A DNA stretch of 64,000 nucleotides from Pristiophorus japonicus. Its lineage: Eukaryota. A program made the position numbers and the translations under genes. How positions within the stretch are numbered: the first letter of the stretch is position 1; every line of letters begins with the position of its first letter. This document shows, piece after piece, positions 60,836 to 64,000 of this stretch. The notes beneath the pieces are model-generated. The model had not been told where the DNA came from. It saw only the letters and a program-made list of their open reading frames with translations, and did no database searches. Location: the NCBI RefSeq assembly GCF_044704955.1, contig NC_092003.1, positions 8,432,001 to 8,496,000 of the forward strand, written 5' to 3'.

Positions 60836-63835
60836 AGACTTAAGTGTAATGCCTGGAGCCAATCACCAGATATTTTCTGTTGCTATGGAAGTTTCTCTAT
60901 GCATTGCAAACTATTGGCTTTCTTTCTTTTTTCTTTCAAATGCACCACACACAAATTTGCATTAGCGACACCCGAATTGTGACTGGCACGTCTCAAAAAC
61001 GTTAAATATACTTATATTATTCCATACAAAAAGAGAGGTTTAAAGACCGAGTCGATCAGAAAGGACAGCTTGATCGGCCTGGCCCCTAACAGATCTATTG
61101 GGTGTGGTTTGAGTTGCACTCTCTCATGAACTGAACAAGTTCTAAAGGAGGGAGGTGAGCAAGAAAGGAGTGGAACCCTTGTGTGGTTTCAGAGGGACCT
61201 GTGCTTTGTGCTAAGCCCAACAAATGTCGAAAGCAGCAGACAGCGTCAATGGGAGTTTTTGATACTGGCGATGTGCTGCCCGCTGCAGACCTGAAGCTCA
61301 GCCGATTGTGAGAAAGGCCCATCAACGTCTGCCTTATCCATGATAGGATGCAAAGTCTCATGCACTAACCTCGGACTAACAGTCCAGGGGAAAAAAGACC
61401 CGCGGGCAACCTCAAGGCGGCTCTGGGGAATTCCTCCCGACTCACTAAGGAAAATCAGCTAATGGCACTGGATCATGGCCACCCGTTACACCAGAGCAAA
61501 CACAGGGAGCTGGCCCCACGGATGCCTGCAGTTGGTCTTTGTTATAAGCAATGCCGCCCAGCACACTCGGAGACTGGCTCCTAAAGCCAAGCTTAAAGGA
61601 GGGCGGGCGGGCGGGAGGGAAGGCAATGTATGGAGTCAGGAACTTGCAAAACTCATATGAAGTAAAAAGGAAAAAAAAAAAAGGACCCAGGAATCCTTCT
61701 GGGACAGGCCAGTCTCAGCTCTGAGTTTATGGGCATTGAGCAACAAGGACCACACGCAAATTTCGCTGCTGAACGCCACCAGTTTTTATAACATTGGCAT
61801 TTACTGATTCCCCAGACTGTGCAATTTTATGACATTCAAGGGGCCAGATTTTCGGTCCAGCTTCAAGCAGGTGGAAGATCTGACCATGTATTCCCATGCG
61901 GCATTTCCACGTGCACCCGAGGAGGTGGGGGGTAGGGGACGGGAGCGACAGCGGCTGCCGGGGGGGGGGGGGGGGGGGGGTGGGGGGCTGTTCCACAGCC
62001 GTTTCTCTCGCCTTATCTTCTGTGTGCCACCCAATGACTCTAAGCAAAATATATATACAGTATCTGTATACATTCCAAGTAGAATTTAATCAGAATTTTG
62101 AATAAAATCTATAACCGCGGGTTAAATAGCCAAGCCATTTTGCTATTTCTTTCTAAACGTTCACCTCCCAATTGTCACCCACGTCCAAATATTCACTGAA
62201 CATCTAACCCTCTGAAAAGAAAGGATCCAAAAAGGTATTATGCCAAGTCCTAGGATTAGAAGAGACACTTCACGTAGGTATTCTCTAGTGGTGTTGTGTG
62301 GTGGCACTGACTTGGGGGTTCAGTGAACTGGCACTGCACCACTCCAAGTACTGTAGTCCCCTCGGTAGGTGCCCGCTAACATATAACCACTCAAGCGCTA
62401 TGGGGAACGTTCCTGGCTTACACATCCGGGAGGGCGGCGACCGCTCTTCCGATTGTGCGCCATCGCGGATCGGAAACCTATAGCCGACTGCAAGCGACGC
62501 CGGAGCTGCCACGCAAGTTGTGGCCGCGCGAGTCGTGACCCCCCACCCTTCCCATTCCATTCCCAACGACGGTGACAGGCCGCCCGGGCAGAGCCGGCCC
62601 CTGGTTCCTGAAGCCAGTCGCACGCACATCCGTACGGACCGCTGGCCCGACATGCTGTGGACCAGCCAGCTGTGCGCCGGGCCCCGTTCCCTCGCTCGTC
62701 TGCCACTCGGCAAAATCGCGTCGGGAAAAGGGAGCTCTAGAAGGAACGACAAACACATTCATCTGAAAATAGCCCCATCTCTCCCTGCCCTGCCCCACCC
62801 CACCCACCCCTGCCCCTTAAACTCGACATTAGAAAGGCTGCATCATACATTAATAACCTGCAGGCTAATGATTAGGAAACATCGCTCGAGTTGAGAAGCA
62901 ATTTTTTCTTTCTTGTAAAAATTAAAAATAAAACACGCACGCACGCAAATCCGAAGCTTGCTGGAAGGCTGTGGCAGAGGACTGTACAAAGTTCGAAGCG
63001 TCGTAAATACAAAAAGCAACTTCAGTGACTCTGCTCAGTTTTCCCTTTGCTGTTAGTTCAAGTCCCCAGTCCCACCCGTCCGCTGTGCAGTGTTAATTTG
63101 GAAGGCAAGGTTTTCCCGAGAAGAGTTTTAGGAGAAAAAGCAAAAAGCACCAAAAATTAAACAAAATGGCGCCTCCCCAGCCCTGGCCAAAAAAATATAT
63201 TTAGCGAGAGAGAGCTCATCCTGGACTGGCAAAGGGGCAAACTCGAACCCTTTCAACTCCCCCCCCCCCCCCCCCCACCCCGCCACAATAATTCTCGAAT
63301 CTAGTTCATTTAACGTTGCGGTAAGTCTGCACTATCTGCTCACAAGACCGAACTCGATGGCTGGTAGGTCCACAGAGTATGGTAACCTTCTCAAACAGCG
63401 CTGATGTACGTACTGGGAGAGGCGGTTAATAGATAACGTTGGGGAGAAGACACACACACACACACACACACACACGTATATTATCTGTGTTATATTGACA
63501 GGACGGGATTTTCTGCCCCCCACCTCCTGTCCCCAGGAACGTAGCAGTAGTTATTCTCTTTCCCCCACCCTGACATTTTAAGAAGCTCGACCCCCGCTAA
63601 AATATTTGAGCGTGCAAAGCCAGGCGGCAGGTGGCAGTCGCTGCGTGGAGAGAAATCTGTGCGGGGGGGTGGGGGGGGTCGACGATCTGCAAGTCACGAG
63701 GCCTGCTGCGTGGTTGGGATGGGCCGGGGGGGGGGGGAAGAGAGAGAGAGAGAATTCCGCGTGACGTTCCGAGTTCTTTGAGCCGTGGGGAGCAGGAGGT
63801 GCCGGCTTCACAAGGCGGGCTCAGCTCCACGCCAG

Positions 63836-63952
63836 TTAACGCGGGACGCCTGCAGTACTGTGGACGGGCGAGTCTTTAGACAGGGTATGGGGCAAGTCAT
63901 GGGGAAAGGAGGACCCTGTGCGCTGGAGGGGAGCGAACTCAGTTTGCAGATC
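63836..63952 (-). CDS. Possible terminal coding exon of an unidentified gene
   Basis: Acceptor GGCCCTTTCAG|GAT; the phase-0 reading is DLQTEFAPLQRTGSSFPHDLPHTLSKDSPVHSTAGVPR*. About 4 kb of UTR-like, nearly TE-free sequence follows. Frame and identity are unverified. Confidence 0.35.
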   Translation of the reverse strand, partial: DLQTEFAPLQRTGSSFPHDLPHTLSKDSPVHSTAGVPR

Positions 63953-64000
63953 CTGAAAGGGCCGATACATCTCCGGGAATTCCCTCACAACTGTCCCTTT

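Overview
Eukaryotic genomic DNA, very probably from a cartilaginous fish (shark). This is inferred from the CR1/L2/RTE LINE repertoire and the DeuSINE-type SINEs; the species cannot be fixed from sequence alone. Most of the window is retroelement-derived. Three host genes can be read. (1) A Dapper/Dact-family gene on + (exons 6897-7139, 20307-20778, 28274-28561, all phase-compatible). It belongs to the Dact2/Dact4 subgroup and is probably dact4; its large last exon is absent and most likely lies in the 200-N gap at 29447-29646. (2) A convergent TTC9C-like TPR gene on - (five phase-compatible exons, 54235 to 32740, 272 aa) with an unexpected ~100-aa N-terminal extension and a compact CpG/ZNF143-type promoter. 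(3) A probable terminal exon and ~4-kb 3' UTR of an unidentified - strand gene (63952 to ~59840). Mobile DNA includes an intact young CR1 ORF2, a Gypsy element deleted between its 5' LTR start and RNase H, RTE copies (one with a 136-bp flanking duplication), a bipartite non-autonomous RTE, Tx1-like fragments and many nested CR1 fragments. The most striking structure is a set of family-specific minisatellites grown inside retroelements at a fixed position: a 33-bp unit in more than 10 SINE copies, a 56-bp unit in 5 L2 copies and a 44-bp unit in a CR1 tail. Most long ORFs in the ORF track are artefacts of these arrays. Exon and junction coordinates were counted by hand; repeat boundaries are approximate.
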